The notes beneath the pieces are model-generated. The model did no database searches and was not told where the DNA came from. It was given only the letters and a program-made list of their open reading frames with translations. A DNA stretch of 50,403 bases from Candidatus Dorea intestinavium (lineage in GTDB: Bacteria; Bacillota; Clostridia; Lachnospirales; Lachnospiraceae): assembly GCA_019113475.1 (NCBI GenBank), contig DXHJ01000016.1:1-50403 (forward strand). Reading direction: 5' to 3'. The translations under genes and the position numbers were made by a program. How positions within the stretch are numbered: the first letter of the stretch is position 1; every line of letters begins with the position of its first letter. Positions 48,185-50,403 of the stretch are shown here, one piece after another.

Positions 48185-49858
48185 ATGAGGGTAAAAGAAG
48201 GTAGTGTGCTACCACTAGGGGTACTAGTGACAAGAGAAGGAATCAACTTTTCCTTTGTCGCTGATAATGATAATAAAAGCTGTGAATTACTACTGTATTT
48301 AAAGGGAGCGAAGGCTCCCTTTAAACAGATTAAAATGCATAAAAATAGAGGAGCTATTTGGACTCTTTACCTAGAAGAACTAAAAGAGCCAGAAAAGATG
48401 GAATACCTCTATCTTGTGGATGGTAAAATGCGACTAGATCCTTATGCGAAAGAAATTAGCGCAGGTGACACTTTGACAAAAAGAAGGGCTTATCTAGTAC
48501 TGCCAGAGTTTAACTGGGAAGAAGATGAAAACCCAAACTTACCTTTTAATCAAGTAATTGCCTATAGCCTACATGTTCGAGGCTTTACTAGACATGTCTC
48601 TTCTAAGGTAAAGCATAAAGGCACCTTTGAAGGAGTCATCGAAAAGCTTGATTATTTAAAAGCACTGGGGATTAATCAGATTCACTGTATGCCAGTTTAT
48701 GACTTTTTAGATCGTCCAGGTTACACCAATTACTGGGGGTATGGTAAAGGCTATTACTTTGCGCCTAAAGGTACTTATAGTGGTGAAGAAAGAGCTTCTT
48801 TGTCTTTAAAGAAAATGGTTAAGACCCTACATAAAAGTGGCATAGAAGTGGTTCTAGAAATGCCGTTTAATGAGGAAGCTTCCTATGGCTTTATGTTAGA
48901 GTGTTTGCGCTATTACGTCTTGGAATATCATATAGACGGCTTTATTGTAAATCCTTTACTCCTGCCCATAAAAGAACTGGAAAAAGATCCTTTTTTAAAG
49001 AGTGTAAAAATTCTTTATCATGAGACCACCTTCCAAAATACCCTGCGTCGCTTCTTAAAAGGGGATGAAGCTATGGTTCCCCAGGTTATTAAAGAACTTA
49101 CTACTAGAGGAGAGGATAAAAATACCTTTCACTATATTACGAGTCAAAGTGGCTTTACTCTCCAAGATTTAGTTTCTTATGACGGAAAACACAATGAAGC
49201 CAATGGTGAAAATAACACGGATGGAGAAGACTATAACTATAGTTGGAACTGTGGGGTAGAAGGAAAGACCAAGAAAAAAGCGGTGTTAGAACTGCGTAAT
49301 CGGCAAATAAGAAATGCCTTTTCTTTCGTGTTACTAGCAAAGGGTATGGTTGCACTTTTAGCTGGTGATGAATTTTCTAATACTCAAGAGGGCAATAACA
49401 ATGTCTATTGTCAGGATAATGCCATTTCTTGGTTAAACTGGAATCTGGCCACTAAAAATAAAGAGCAGATAGAATTTGTTAAAGATTTAATTCACTTACG
49501 GAAAAGTTGTACTATGCTTTTTAACGGCAATAGTGATAAAAGGCAAGGATATTATCCTGGAGGAGCACCAGAAATTTCTTTTCACGGAGAACAAGCTTGG
49601 CAAGCACCTATTGCCGTAGCAAGTAGAATCCTAGGTATTTATTATCATAATGAAGATAAGCAAGGGAAAAGCCTTTATCTGGCCTTAAATATGCACTGGA
49701 TGGAGCATGACTTTGCCCTACCTTCTAACAACAAAGGAAAATGGCAACTGGTTATGGATACCAATGTGGGCGTTTTAGAAAAGCCGGAGTTACTAAAAGA
49801 GCAAAAATACGTAAGCGTTAAAGAAAGAAGTATAAAGGTATTAGTAGCAAATGAATAA
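48185..49858 (+). CDS. GlgX/isoamylase-like GH13 protein lacking catalytic residues
   Basis: Keeps LDPYAK, HVRGFT, NYWGY, GFTLQDLVSY, KHNEANGE, NYSWNCG and GNNNVYCQDN. Conserved regions I-IV read EMPFN, GFIVN, KILYH and TSQSG. Confidence 0.88.
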   Translation: MRVKEGSVLPLGVLVTREGINFSFVADNDNKSCELLLYLKGAKAPFKQIKMHKNRGAIWTLYLEELKEPEKMEYLYLVDGKMRLDPYAKEISAGDTLTKRRAYLVLPEFNWEEDENPNLPFNQVIAYSLHVRGFTRHVSSKVKHKGTFEGVIEKLDYLKALGINQIHCMPVYDFLDRPGYTNYWGYGKGYYFAPKGTYSGEERASLSLKKMVKTLHKSGIEVVLEMPFNEEASYGFMLECLRYYVLEYHIDGFIVNPLLLPIKELEKDPFLKSVKILYHETTFQNTLRRFLKGDEAMVPQVIKELTTRGEDKNTFHYITSQSGFTLQDLVSYDGKHNEANGENNTDGEDYNYSWNCGVEGKTKKKAVLELRNRQIRNAFSFVLLAKGMVALLAGDEFSNTQEGNNNVYCQDNAISWLNWNLATKNKEQIEFVKDLIHLRKSCTMLFNGNSDKRQGYYPGGAPEISFHGEQAWQAPIAVASRILGIYYHNEDKQGKSLYLALNMHWMEHDFALPSNNKGKWQLVMDTNVGVLEKPELLKEQKYVSVKERSIKVLVANE

Positions 49859-50403
49859 AAGTTATTTTAATTCTTTTACCCTAAAGTGGATTGCCATTAT
49901 TACCATGTTAATTGATCATATTGGCTCCATTCTTTTTCCTGACCATCTTTGGCTACGTTTTCTCGGACGTTTATCTTTTCCGATTTTTTGCTTTCTAATA
50001 GTAGAAGGTTATCGCCATACGCATAACTTTAAAAAGTATGTTTTAAGACTCTTTATTTTTGCTCTTATTACAGAACCTATTTATGACTGGGCTTTTTTGG
50101 ACACATATTGGAGTCTTAAAAGACAAAATGTTTTACTTACTTTTGTCCTTGGTCTGTTAATGCTCTATGTTTATGAAAGAGTCAGAGAACCTTATAAGAT
50201 GTTTTCTTTGGTGGGTTTCTTTGTAGTAGCCTATTTTGTCAAGGCCGATTATGGCATTTATGGACTTTTATTAATATTACTGTTATATCTTTGTTTTCAA
50301 AACAAAACCAAAGAAGCGGGAGCAATTATTATTTGGAATTTACTCTATTTACCCTCTTTTCAGATACTAGGAGGACTTTCTTCTTTTTTTATCTATTTTT
50401 ATA
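49851..50403 (+). CDS. TraX-family membrane protein (putative acyltransferase), 3' partial
   Basis: Not in the ORF track because it has no stop in the window. Reads MNKSYFNSFTLKWIAIITMLIDHIG...GRLSFPIFCFLIVEGYRHT..KKYVLRL..QNVLLT..ADYG. Overlaps the upstream stop. Confidence 0.88.
   Translation, partial: MNKSYFNSFTLKWIAIITMLIDHIGSILFPDHLWLRFLGRLSFPIFCFLIVEGYRHTHNFKKYVLRLFIFALITEPIYDWAFLDTYWSLKRQNVLLTFVLGLLMLYVYERVREPYKMFSLVGFFVVAYFVKADYGIYGLLLILLLYLCFQNKTKEAGAIIIWNLLYLPSFQILGGLSSFFIYFY

Noticed and set aside
684-49355. Numerous 60-125 aa antisense or alternate-frame ORFs in the track (e.g. 684..923, 18263..18604, 33730..33960, 43141..43512, 47034..47348)
   Set aside because: They lie within or opposite well-supported genes or RNA elements, and show no recognisable motifs or evident RBS. 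They are treated as shadow ORFs.
48185-49858. Active pullulanase/GlgX, or a decayed pseudogene
   Set aside because: The catalytic motifs are substituted, yet there are no frameshifts or stops and non-catalytic motifs are well preserved.
49851-50403. TraX as evidence of a conjugative element
   Set aside because: No other tra, relaxase or integrase genes are present, and base composition matches the chromosome.
1-50403. tRNA (including tRNA-Sec), rRNA, IS elements, prophage
   Set aside because: The intergenic gaps are short and explained by promoters, terminators and leaders. I saw no cloverleaf, transposase or phage genes.

Overview
Low-GC, Clostridia-type (Lachnospiraceae-like) chromosomal window, almost entirely on the + strand. 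I see no rRNA, tRNA, CRISPR array, transposase or prophage. In order: the 3' end of a Pro/Thr-linker NlpC/P60 peptidase; rpsB-tsf; proC and a two-gene GltD-linked [FeFe]-hydrogenase (group A2-like) inserted before pyrH-frr-uppS-cdsA-dxr-rseP; carAB followed by a complete BceRS-BceAB-type peptide-resistance module with a clear BceR box; a cobD-like aminotransferase; an uncharacterised three-gene operon (1096-aa scaffold, degenerate lid-less Hsp70-like protein, TPR protein); a polar amino-acid ABC transporter; purC-purF-purB; a glycine reductase operon (grdX-E-B-trxB-trxA-grdA-C-D) with two UGA selenocysteine codons that the ORF track splits, controlled by a singlet glycine riboswitch; a GNAT-ThrE fusion exporter operon with gltX and a UvrD-like helicase; and an operon of an orphan sugar-binding lipoprotein, a catalytically dead GlgX/isoamylase homologue and a TraX-family protein. 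The best candidates for undescribed biology are the Hsp70-like three-gene operon, the pseudo-isoamylase operon and the GNAT-exporter fusion. Family names come from motif recognition and recall, not from database searches.
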